Source: a virus
Taxonomy: Duplodnaviria; Heunggongvirae; Uroviricota; Caudoviricetes
DNA: 64,000 nt
IMG/VR virus record: IMGVR_UViG_3300031088_000799
Direction: 5' to 3' (one strand)
Made by a program: the position numbers and the translations under genes. Of the stretch, positions 49,917 to 59,279 are shown piece by piece. Under the pieces are notes generated by a model that was given only the letters and a program-made list of their open reading frames with translations, was not told the DNA's origin and did not search any database. The number at the start of each line of letters is the position of its first letter. The stretch's first letter is position 1.

Positions 49917-50480
49917 TTAAATAGCCGCCATTAAATACATATCAATTAAATCAGTTAATGCAAGTTCCTCAACATTTATCTCCCAATCTTGCAAACGCTC
50001 TTTAATAATTGCAGTTACACAATCTTCTAATAAATGAAATGTAGTTCCATGAGTTCTAATTAAGTTGATACGATGATAAAAATCTTTTACCCATATTTTG
50101 TTTTCATTTGTATTCATTTCAATATTGAAACCAATAGCTGGATAATAATGCTTGATATTTAACTTATCTAAAACAGTAACACATTTTTGGCCTAATTTCA
50201 TTTTATTGTAAAAAAAATCATTACTAAATGTCATTCCATCTTTTGTTCCATTATCATAAATATAAGTAGCAGTCGCTAACAAATCACTCGTAGAGTTATC
50301 TTTCATCCGAAAATCAAATTTGATAATTTGATGTTTGCAAACATCATTACGTTTTTCACGAGGATCTACAATAAGAACAGTATCTCCTATAATATCCTGT
50401 TCGTGGAACGAAGTTAATTGAATATCTTGTGAGTTGAAAAAATAATCAATAATTTTTTGCTGATTATCCATAATTAACAC
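49917..50480 (-). CDS. Hypothetical protein, paralog of 49331-49897, MxxI end
   Basis: IIDYFF, HYYPA; ends DMYLMAAI. Confidence 0.75.
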   Translation of the reverse strand: MLIMDNQQKIIDYFFNSQDIQLTSFHEQDIIGDTVLIVDPREKRNDVCKHQIIKFDFRMKDNSTSDLLATATYIYDNGTKDGMTFSNDFFYNKMKLGQKCVTVLDKLNIKHYYPAIGFNIEMNTNENKIWVKDFYHRINLIRTHGTTFHLLEDCVTAIIKERLQDWEINVEELALTDLIDMYLMAAI

Positions 50481-50532
50481 CTTTTTTAATAAAGAAGAAA
50501 AGAGGCCGAAGCCTCTTTTTATAGATTACACC

Positions 50533-51801
50533 TTAGAAGTTACCATAAACTGCATGGAATTCATCTTCGTCAACAATATTCACACCACTTTGTCGAGCTT
50601 TTTGCATTTTTACAGATGTTGTTTTTTTATCTTCAACAAGCAAATATTGAGTGCTGCCATTCACAGCTTTTTGAACATTGGCCCCAATACGCTGCAACAA
50701 CAGCTCAATATCATTACGTGAGTTACCATTTTTATATTTCTTATTAAACTTACCAGTGACTACAACGTTTTTACCATTCAAGTTCAATGAAATATTAGAT
50801 GGCAATATATTTTTAAGTTCTTTCAAAATATCTGAAAAATCTTTACCATGTGTTTTTTCCATAGTTGAAACAACTGACTCTGGAATTTTTGATGGATTTG
50901 CAACTGCAGCATCCAGCCATTCCAAATCTTTAATTTCAAGTTTCGAAATCAAATAATCTTCTGGAACAAATTCTGCATAGTTTGCAAAATCTTTAATAAT
51001 GAAATCTTTAAACTTAACAACGTTGCTCACGTTCTGAAGGAAGTTGATTTTATCATTTTTTGGCATAGCAACTACATCTTTCCATTCATCATCAAGTGAT
51101 ACTTTCAAAATACGATCACGCAATGCCACCAAGTTACTTTCTTTTGGTAGAACATGTTCAAGATTCCCTTTCACACTGTAAACACGCAAAGCGTCTTCTA
51201 CACGGCGTGGAGAAATCTTATATTGCATTTCTTTATCAAGAGCGTTCCACCATTCAACAAAAGGAACAGAAAGAGCACCATGCTTACCTTTCATGTAAGA
51301 GCGGTCAATTTTATAAGGCACATCAATTTGAACTTGGAAACGGTCAAGCTGAGCTGGGTCAATCTGTTCAACATCATACCCATCCGCATCATCAGAGAAT
51401 GGATTGATAGCGGCCCAGATAACTTTCAAGTTTTTAAATTTACGACCATTAATTGATTTGAACTGAATAAGCTCCATCACAGCATTTCGAACTTTCGCAG
51501 GTGCCCGGTTAAATTCATCGAAGAAAATAGCCTGAACATCATCATCAGCGAAACGAGCAGGACGAATAAGCTCAATAACTTCCATACCATCAGATTCACG
51601 CTTTACTGCTTTTGGAACCCCCACAAAGTCAACCCATGCGTCCATTGTAGCTGCAGAGAAATAGGCCCAACTTGATTCACCAAAAGTTTCAGAAAAGACT
51701 TTCTTGATAATCTCTGTTTTACCCACACCATGACGGCCAGAGAGCAACACGTTAAAGTTATTTGATGCATAAAGCTTTAACAATTCAATATCTAAAATCA
51801 T
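50533..51801 (-). CDS. MoxR-like AAA+ ATPase with C-terminal BRCT domain
   Basis: SGRHGVGKT, FFDEFNRA, AAINP, AQLDRF; C-terminal GKNVVVTGKF..R..IE..GA.VQKAVNGSTQYL. Confidence 0.85.
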   Translation of the reverse strand: MILDIELLKLYASNNFNVLLSGRHGVGKTEIIKKVFSETFGESSWAYFSAATMDAWVDFVGVPKAVKRESDGMEVIELIRPARFADDDVQAIFFDEFNRAPAKVRNAVMELIQFKSINGRKFKNLKVIWAAINPFSDDADGYDVEQIDPAQLDRFQVQIDVPYKIDRSYMKGKHGALSVPFVEWWNALDKEMQYKISPRRVEDALRVYSVKGNLEHVLPKESNLVALRDRILKVSLDDEWKDVVAMPKNDKINFLQNVSNVVKFKDFIIKDFANYAEFVPEDYLISKLEIKDLEWLDAAVANPSKIPESVVSTMEKTHGKDFSDILKELKNILPSNISLNLNGKNVVVTGKFNKKYKNGNSRNDIELLLQRIGANVQKAVNGSTQYLLVEDKKTTSVKMQKARQSGVNIVDEDEFHAVYGNF

Positions 51802-51928
51802 ATAATAATCCTCACCTTTTCCGTCAATTTAGTAGAAATATTATAGCAAAAAAGCAAAAAAAAAGCAAGCTTTTTGAGAAAAGTTTGCTTAGTTTTTTGG
51901 TCTTTTTTAGTTGCTTTTTTATCTTATT

Positions 51929-52336
51929 TCAACTTGTAATTTCCCTTAAATTTGAGATATTTTTGAACTCAAATAAGAACTCATTGCCATCACCTACATA
52001 CGGGCTTTCAATATCCCCATGAAAAATAGCATCAGCAAATTCACCATTAACTGGCATAAAATACAATTTTTCAGTGGGTGTTTTGAATAAAATGATATAA
52101 CCCCCGGCTGAAATTTCATCTTGGTGAACAAGATAAGCATCCAGCGTTGTCAAATGGGCTATCTTTTCTTCAAAAGCAGTATATGGCTTTAAAAATGAGA
52201 ATTCATTTAAATCCTTTTCTAGAACGTAAGGCATTTCGTAGCTTGTGTTTCTTTTGTGATATGTCATCTTTCCAAGGTAGTATGTTGTATTTTTCATTTT
52301 AAACTCCTTAAATAAAAATGAGGTTTTTAAGCCCAT
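51929..52336 (-). CDS. Hypothetical protein (start probably MKNT)
   Basis: AAGGAG before internal ATG. Confidence 0.65.
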   Translation of the reverse strand: MGLKTSFLFKEFKMKNTTYYLGKMTYHKRNTSYEMPYVLEKDLNEFSFLKPYTAFEEKIAHLTTLDAYLVHQDEISAGGYIILFKTPTEKLYFMPVNGEFADAIFHGDIESPYVGDGNEFLFEFKNISNLREITS

Positions 52337-52404
52337 TTAAGTTACATTAGTTTCCAAAATTAATTAATCCATTTAATTAATCTTGGTTATAAAATATAGC
52401 AATT

Positions 52405-52593
52405 TCATATTTCGTTGTTTTGTATAGCGTTTGTATCTTTGCGTAAAACAAGTAACACACGTTTGAAAACATTACAAATTAAGTCTGCGATAAAAATTGT
52501 AACTTTAACTGTCAACATCAAAACAAGTGACAAGAAGAAAACAAAAGTAAATAAACAACTTACCCCTATTAACTTCATTTTGTATCTATTCAT
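52405..52593 (-). CDS. Small membrane protein
   Basis: 62 aa, hydrophobic N-half; coupled to upstream stop. Confidence 0.55.
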   Translation of the reverse strand: MNRYKMKLIGVSCLFTFVFFLSLVLMLTVKVTIFIADLICNVFKRVLLVLRKDTNAIQNNEI

Positions 52594-53586
52594 TAGAAAC
52601 CTCCGATAGATATATCTCCATTATATTCCATAACTGCCACCTTATCAATAGCAGAAATGATAGTCGGGATGTCACAAGCATAAAAACCAGAACTAGAAAA
52701 AGAGTTTAGTTCAATGATTTTTGGTTCTCCATTAACAATGCCTACGTCACAAGCATAGGCTATATCAGGTTGCCAAGCGTTTGTAGCCATTTCAAGAGCC
52801 ACTTCATAAGCTTCCTGAGCATAACCTACTTTAACATTCAATTCGTCATTTAACTTATACTGTGATCCTGTAATCACTTCCCTATTCACAATAAAGAAAC
52901 GATATTCTTCTGCAATTTTCTTACAATTAGAAACAAGAATAAGTACATCATCTGAAACTTGTTTAAGTTGACGAAGTGTATTAATCTCATAATCAAATTC
53001 ATCAAGATGAACAGGTAAACCAGTAAAAGTCTTTAATCCACTATTCGGACGAATAAATACTTTGTTTGTATTAAATGTATCATAAAAGAATTCTTTACGA
53101 TGAATAAAATCTTTGAACGTTGTAAAGACGTGGTTATAGTTTGCCATTAATTCTGGTTTATCAATATAAGGCATATACCCAAGAGACTCCATAGTCTTTT
53201 CAGGAAGATATCCACCGGGAATGAAACGATGCTGTTTCATTTGTTGACGAACAAAACTAATACTACCGTAAATGACTACACAATCATCTTTTTTGAATGG
53301 AATAGTAGATACTGGTTCTGGCATTTGTATATAGGGCTTGCCATAAATAATCACACTATTTTGACTGTTCTGTCCAGCATCAAAACCATCAGAAGCAGGA
53401 ATAAATTTTTTACCATGAATAAATACAGAATCATCAGTAGCATACTGAAGAGCAGGCATAGTATCAGAAAATGGAACATACTTTTCAACATGATAGTCAA
53501 AGCCCATACTCGCCAAAATTTGACGAATATCACCATGATATGATGTTTTAATCATATAATCATCAAGCAACCATTTACTTTTCATG
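52593..53586 (-). CDS. Second DUF4343-like ATP-grasp protein (start probably MKSKW region)
   Basis: FIRPNSGLKTFTG, EYRFFIV...GSQY, DVG...KIIELNSFSSSGFY; internal triplicated segment. Confidence 0.75.
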
Positions 53587-53849
53587 TTTGTAAACTCCTT
53601 AACCTTAATTTTTGAATTCAAATGTATTGAAAGCAACACTTGTTTGGTTAGCATTAAACACCTTGCTCATGTAATTTGTATGGCCAATAACCATATACAA
53701 AATAGAAAAAATAAGGATAGATTTAACCATTTTAATATTACTGTTTTTCACATCAAAATCCTTCTACAAAATATAGACTTTAAGTATAACAGAAAAAAAG
53801 TAATAAGCAATGAAAGAAAATTAAAATAAAAAGTGAACTGATTATCAAA

Positions 53850-54329
53850 TCAATCCATATTAATTTTAATGCTTCTGAGTGCCTGTATGTTATGATGATT
53901 TTCTTGAATAATTAATAATTCCTGTGCTGAAAATCGGTCAACATGTTGCTCAAACGCATTAAGCAAAAGTGCCTCTTCAACGACCTCGCCAACTGAACTA
54001 ATATAGAAGGCATATGCCAAGCCTATGCCAGTTAACAAAATACCCAATATATAGAAAATATAACTATAACGACTTAATCCAAGTTCTCGTTGGTGTGCAT
54101 ATGGAATAATGATTAATGATAGACAAGAAAAAAATAAAATTGATTCTGGTATGTAATCATTAAAAGGGTTGACTAAAACTGCCCATACTGAACAAGTAAT
54201 AATTGTAATTAATGTTATTGTAAATAATCGATTATGATATATATCACTGGCATCTATTTGGCTTAATATTAACTCTCTTTCTTCATCTGACTTTCTACGA
54301 CCTGCTAATTGTTGCTTGTTGACTTGCAT
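53850..54329 (-). CDS. Membrane protein (three TM)
   Basis: Hydrophobic segments; GAGG RBS. Confidence 0.7.
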   Translation of the reverse strand: MQVNKQQLAGRRKSDEERELILSQIDASDIYHNRLFTITLITIITCSVWAVLVNPFNDYIPESILFFSCLSLIIIPYAHQRELGLSRYSYIFYILGILLTGIGLAYAFYISSVGEVVEEALLLNAFEQHVDRFSAQELLIIQENHHNIQALRSIKINMD

Positions 54330-54448
54330 AACCTCTTTTTAAACCCCTATTAATAATATGTGTATCTAGAATGCTTATAATAGAGGCTTCCAGTAAATAA
54401 TCAAGTATCCTTAAAAAAAAATAGATGGATTTATGTTGCTATTATTCA

Positions 54449-55309
54449 TTATTTCGAATTCCTATCAATAAAGAACACTTTTTGAAAAGCAATAACAATA
54501 AAATTTAAAATACTGTCTTCAAAAGGTCTGTAAATAACACGGCCTTTATCCATAATTTTCTTTTCTAATTTTACAGCCATATCTCGAACATAAACATTAC
54601 CAGTATTATTAATACGAACTGAGATTGCGTCTTCTGGATTACAATAAACGTCACCTGTACCATATTGTTCAACACGAACGACCTTGGATTTTAATTGTTG
54701 AGCATAGACATCCCCATTTGATTTTGAGTTAATACTAAAAGAATCAACTTTACCAGACAAATAAACATTTTCAATGCTGGAACTAATCATAGCAAAATGA
54801 ACTGAATTAATACCTTCAATATCAACTTGACCTTGACCTTTATTATAGAAAGAAACAACTTTACATGTTCTGATAATAATTTCACAATGATAGCCTGAAT
54901 AACTGCTAATTTGTGGATGAGTAATTGTTAATACATCGTTAACCTTGCTCAACTGAATAAGATCAACATAAGACGAATCCCCTTTAATTTCAATACTGGG
55001 CACTTTTGTCATGCTATCAATAATCACTTTTACATCAAACACACCAGTATAACGAATAGTGTCTAGTGGTTTTTTGTTAGCTGCACAAGGGTATTCAAAT
55101 TGTTTAGTGACATTCACACCTGACTCTTTGACTAATTTAGAAATAAAGATAACGCCACTGTCATTAGATGAAGAAGTGACGTAATTTTTATGATACTTTT
55201 TTTTGTGTACTTTTATTAGTTTTTTCTTTTTATTAATAATTCTATCTTTAAAGACCAAAAACATAAGACCTGCAAAGACTAAGAAGAAAACAGCCAAAAA
55301 AATTAACAT
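54449..55309 (-). CDS. Membrane-anchored DUF2807 (GIN head-like) beta-helix protein
   Basis: N-terminal TM; repeating GxGxV units (GQGQV, SNGDV, GTGDV, NTGNV). Confidence 0.65.
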   Translation of the reverse strand: MLIFLAVFFLVFAGLMFLVFKDRIINKKKKLIKVHKKKYHKNYVTSSSNDSGVIFISKLVKESGVNVTKQFEYPCAANKKPLDTIRYTGVFDVKVIIDSMTKVPSIEIKGDSSYVDLIQLSKVNDVLTITHPQISSYSGYHCEIIIRTCKVVSFYNKGQGQVDIEGINSVHFAMISSSIENVYLSGKVDSFSINSKSNGDVYAQQLKSKVVRVEQYGTGDVYCNPEDAISVRINNTGNVYVRDMAVKLEKKIMDKGRVIYRPFEDSILNFIVIAFQKVFFIDRNSK

Positions 55310-55325
55310 TAAAATAGCATCCTTA

Positions 55326-55913
55326 TTAAATATTTTTCATCTCAACAACCGCATAATGCTTATCAAAATGTTTAATCAAATCCTCAATACTAGAAGCACT
55401 TGGAGCCACATTATCAGAAAACAATTTGAAACAAATCAATTCAAATAGAATTTGTTCACTGTTGACAATATCAGCTACGGAGCAAATTTTCTTGGTCATG
55501 CCTTTACTAGCAATAAGATAGCTTGTTACAGCATGATCTCTTTCCAAAAATTCAAGAAGAGTATTGCTTCGAACGCCAAAACTAAGACGTTGTTTTACAT
55601 AAAATACGCCAGCTCGCTCTTGGGCCTTTTCAAATTGTTCATGAAACACCTTATAAAACCAATGCTCATTCAAATTGTTCAAGCTAACAATAATTTTTGG
55701 TTCATTTTTAAGAAGGTCAAAAGAGATCTTGGCATCAATAAATTCAGGAGTGTTATCTTTTTTAGAAGTTTGCAAATAAACAGCATTGTCTCGATCATTA
55801 AAAGTAACTTGAACGAGTTCTAGTTTTAATACTGTTGCAAGATTTGTAAGGGAATTTCGAACCTGTTCAATTGTGTACAATTGGTTCTCTTTGTAATCTA
55901 TAATCTCAAACAT
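55326..55913 (-). CDS. Hypothetical protein, MxxI end
   Basis: Ends AVVEMKNI; AGGAG RBS. Confidence 0.8.
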   Translation of the reverse strand: MFEIIDYKENQLYTIEQVRNSLTNLATVLKLELVQVTFNDRDNAVYLQTSKKDNTPEFIDAKISFDLLKNEPKIIVSLNNLNEHWFYKVFHEQFEKAQERAGVFYVKQRLSFGVRSNTLLEFLERDHAVTSYLIASKGMTKKICSVADIVNSEQILFELICFKLFSDNVAPSASSIEDLIKHFDKHYAVVEMKNI

Positions 55914-56185
55914 GAAATAGCTCCTATGAAAATATCATCAATAATAGCACAAAATAAAATTAAAAGCAAAACAATATAAATCGTAATAACACGGATTTTT
56001 GTTTATTTTTAAAAAACTATAGCGAATGTCTTACAAAACAATAGGATTTCATGAAGTTTACTTAAGGATAGATGAAGGTTATCATTTAATTGTGTTAAGT
56101 TATTATCTAGATTAACATATTTTTGTATCCTTAAACCTCTAAAAAAGCCAGCGAAAGCTGGCCTTTTGTTTTCTAATACTTTCCT

Positions 56186-57001
56186 TTACACATGTAGTGT
56201 ATTTTTCTTTTTCTTCTTGAATAAATGTTCAATCGCGTTTAGTGGAAGAGATTCAACTTTTTCTACATCAGTCCCAACATAGATAACTTGTGAATCTCCT
56301 ATAATAGCCTTACTTGAATTAATAGTAATCATCTTTAGCTGAAACTCATGCTTTACCAATAGATCGTAAACAGTTTTATTACCAAGCCAGCCCTTCAATT
56401 GATCCTCATCAGAAAATGCAAATAACCATTTTGCTTTATATTTATTATCTGAAAGATGTCCCGTATGAGCAAATATATTCATAAATTTATTTTCTTTTTC
56501 TGGTCCGGGATGATTGTAGTCTTCCGTATTTAATAAAATAGTGTAACCAATGCCATCATAAAGTCCTTTATTATCTTTTGTTTCCACACGGTATAAGGTA
56601 ATCATTTCATTATTGTTAATAGCTTTACTATCAATTAATTTGTCATAAAGTTTATTTAAGTTTAAATTAGCAAGATACTGACAATAATCACCATCAGGAT
56701 TGTCTTCTTCATAATAATAATCATATTTAAAATCAATATCGCCTTTAGTTAAAAAATGACCATTAGTAATATTCAATGATTCATACATGGATTCTAATCT
56801 AGAATTGATATACATTAAACCTAATGATTCACTATTTTTTGTTGAAGTTAACAAAACTTTAAATTCAAGAAAAGGCCATTCAGAAACAGCTTCATCAGGA
56901 TTATTATCTTTAAAATGGTTTATAAAATCAAATCTATTCATGTTAATACTATTATTATATTTAAATATTATAACACATATTAAAAAAACAAAAAAGAGCA
57001 C
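56186..57001 (-). CDS. Hypothetical protein with Lys-rich tail (start probably MNRF, 56941)
   Basis: Ends FKKKKKNTLHV. Confidence 0.7.
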   Translation of the reverse strand: MLFFVFLICVIIFKYNNSINMNRFDFINHFKDNNPDEAVSEWPFLEFKVLLTSTKNSESLGLMYINSRLESMYESLNITNGHFLTKGDIDFKYDYYYEEDNPDGDYCQYLANLNLNKLYDKLIDSKAINNNEMITLYRVETKDNKGLYDGIGYTILLNTEDYNHPGPEKENKFMNIFAHTGHLSDNKYKAKWLFAFSDEDQLKGWLGNKTVYDLLVKHEFQLKMITINSSKAIIGDSQVIYVGTDVEKVESLPLNAIEHLFKKKKKNTLHV

Positions 57002-57033
57002 CTAAGTGCTCTTGTCAGCTTATAATAAAAAAG

Positions 57034-57606
57034 TTAAGCTGTCTTACCTGAAGACTTGATTGTTTCACCTTTAACCTCTTTTTCAGATTTAGATGTTTTT
57101 TTCTCCGCAGTCTCTTTACCAGCTTTTCTAAAATCAGTCGCTGCATTAATCAAGCTAGTTACACCTGCGATTGAGAAACGATTCGGTTCTTTTGAGATCT
57201 TTTTTTGATTATCCGCTTCAATTTTTTTTTCAACAGGATAACTGGTTACACATTTAGAATAGAGTTCATCAGCGATATTCCAGCCAACCGCTTCAATAAT
57301 AACCACAGAAATAGTAGGAGCTACTGCCTGACCAAGAAAAGGAATAATTTTTGAGACTTCTTTTGTAATAACTTTAATAGGTTGTTTCAGCATAGCGTTT
57401 TTAAAAGACGCAATAGCCACAGCCTTTGCAGCCTCTTCTGTCATATTTCCACCAAACACAGCACATAGACTCATCGTCATAGCTGTAATGGTCACAAGAT
57501 CTGTTGCAACACCTAACCCCGGAACTGGAACAGCGTTACCTGCTCCTGCTGCTACCGCATGTGAATGAATAATATAATGACACTTTTTCTTTTGTTCTTC
57601 GTTCAT
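57034..57606 (-). CDS. DUF697/YcjF-like helical membrane-associated protein
   Basis: IIHSHAVAAGAGNAVPVPG..DL..ITAM..SL..VFG. Confidence 0.6.
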   Translation of the reverse strand: MNEEQKKKCHYIIHSHAVAAGAGNAVPVPGLGVATDLVTITAMTMSLCAVFGGNMTEEAAKAVAIASFKNAMLKQPIKVITKEVSKIIPFLGQAVAPTISVVIIEAVGWNIADELYSKCVTSYPVEKKIEADNQKKISKEPNRFSIAGVTSLINAATDFRKAGKETAEKKTSKSEKEVKGETIKSSGKTA

Positions 57607-57799
57607 TTCTAGGCTCCAATAATTTTTTTAATAATAGCATTGTCGTAAATTATGTCAAAATAAATACTGTTTTACAAAAATAAATATTTACAATGCTATC
57701 TTAACAAGACTTAAAGAAAAAGTCTAGCTTTAAACAAAAAATAGTTGAAGTTAAATCTTATTATTGCTATTATATCGAATACATTTGGAGATTGAAATA

Positions 57800-59245
57800 A
57801 TGAAAGTAAGAACTCGCGTAGCACCATCACCTACAGGTGATCCACATGTTGGAACAGCCTACATTGCATTATTTAACTATTGCTTTGCTAAAAAGCATGG
57901 TGGTGAATTCATTCTTCGTATTGAAGACACTGATCAAGTTCGTTCGACTAAAGAATCAGAAGATGCTATTTTAAATTCACTAAAATGGCTTGGTTTATCA
58001 TGGGATGAAGAACCTTGCCGCCAAAGTGAAAGAAAAGATATCTATAAAAATCATGCTCAATTACTGGTTGATAAAGGCCATGCTTTCACTTGTTTTTGTG
58101 ATAATCACCGTCTTGATGAAATGCGTGAAAATCAAATAGCATCAGGACAATCACCTAAATATGATGGTCATTGTTTACATTTAACACAAGATGAAGTAAA
58201 AGAAAAATTAGATGCAGGCATTCCTCATGTTATTCGTATGAAAGTGCCTACTGATGGTGTTTGTACCGTCAATGACATGCTTCGTGGTACTGTAACCTAC
58301 GATTGGAAGCAAGTTGATATGCAAGTGCTGATGAAACAAGATGGATTACCTACTTATTTCTTGGCCAATGTTGTGGATGATCACCTAATGGATATTACTC
58401 ATGTATTGAAAGGTGAAGAATGGCTACCATCGGCTCCTAAACTAGTATTATTGTACCAATACTTTGGTTGGGAAATGCCTATCCATTGCCATATGCCTTT
58501 ATTGCGTAATTCAGACAAAAGCAAGCTTTCTAAGCGTAAAAATCCAACATCCATTACTTTTTATAAAGACATGGGATACCTACCAGAAGCATTATTAAAC
58601 TATCTAGGTAGAATGGGTTGGTCAATGCCAGATGAAAGAGAAAAGTTTACTTTACAAGAAATGGTAAACAATTTTGATATTCAACGTGTATCGTTGGGTG
58701 GACCTGTTTTTGACGTAAATAAATTATCATGGCTCAATGGTCTTTGGTTAAGAGAACTCACACCAGATGCCTTTAAAACTAAGCTTTCACAATGGGCATT
58801 CAGTTCAAATAAATTTGATAAGTTGGTTCCAATGATACAAAGTAGAGTTGAAACCTTTACACAAGTGAACGACCTTATAGCCTTTATGTACAATGGTGAT
58901 TTAAATTATGACATGACTTTATTTAATCATAAAAAATTAACTGACCATGAAGTTAAAGAAGCCATTCAAGTAATGCTATGGGATCTTGAGGCTTTAAAAA
59001 AATGGAACGAAGTTCAAATACTGGACACATTAAAAATGTCTTCTTCAAAAATGAACTTAAAATTTAAAGATATTATGCCATTGGTTTTCGTAACCATAAC
59101 AGGATCATTAAATTCTATTTCTGTTATTGACGCAATGAGTTTACTGGGGCCAGACATGACACGTTATCGTTTTAGATCTGTTCTCAATAAATTAGGTAGT
59201 TTCACTGAAACAGAACTTGATGGTTTAATTCAAAAATATAAATAG
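57800..59245 (+). CDS. gltX: Glutamate-tRNA ligase
   Basis: [14 protein letters not shown] (HIGH), [23 protein letters not shown] (KMSKS); GGAG RBS before ATG 57800. Confidence 0.95.
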   Translation: MKVRTRVAPSPTGDPHVGTAYIALFNYCFAKKHGGEFILRIEDTDQVRSTKESEDAILNSLKWLGLSWDEEPCRQSERKDIYKNHAQLLVDKGHAFTCFCDNHRLDEMRENQIASGQSPKYDGHCLHLTQDEVKEKLDAGIPHVIRMKVPTDGVCTVNDMLRGTVTYDWKQVDMQVLMKQDGLPTYFLANVVDDHLMDITHVLKGEEWLPSAPKLVLLYQYFGWEMPIHCHMPLLRNSDKSKLSKRKNPTSITFYKDMGYLPEALLNYLGRMGWSMPDEREKFTLQEMVNNFDIQRVSLGGPVFDVNKLSWLNGLWLRELTPDAFKTKLSQWAFSSNKFDKLVPMIQSRVETFTQVNDLIAFMYNGDLNYDMTLFNHKKLTDHEVKEAIQVMLWDLEALKKWNEVQILDTLKMSSSKMNLKFKDIMPLVFVTITGSLNSISVIDAMSLLGPDMTRYRFRSVLNKLGSFTETELDGLIQKYK

Positions 59246-59279
59246 TTGTTAAAATAAAAGCCACATTAAGTGGCTTTTT

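Noticed and set aside
408-55823. Many 60-125-aa ORFs nested in or antisense to larger genes (e.g. 408-620, 1272-1595, 22413-22694, 28944-29303, 30773-31150, 55452-55823)
   Set aside because: They overlap better-supported genes with RBS and motifs; composition is typical of shadow frames.
56007-56140. Start-less minus-strand frame ending LLFCKTFAIVF as a further tagged-gene remnant
   Set aside because: No start codon or RBS, and the end does not fit the M-x-x-I pattern.
57800-59245. GltX as a HipA-resistant variant
   Set aside because: The target serine in KLSKR is retained.
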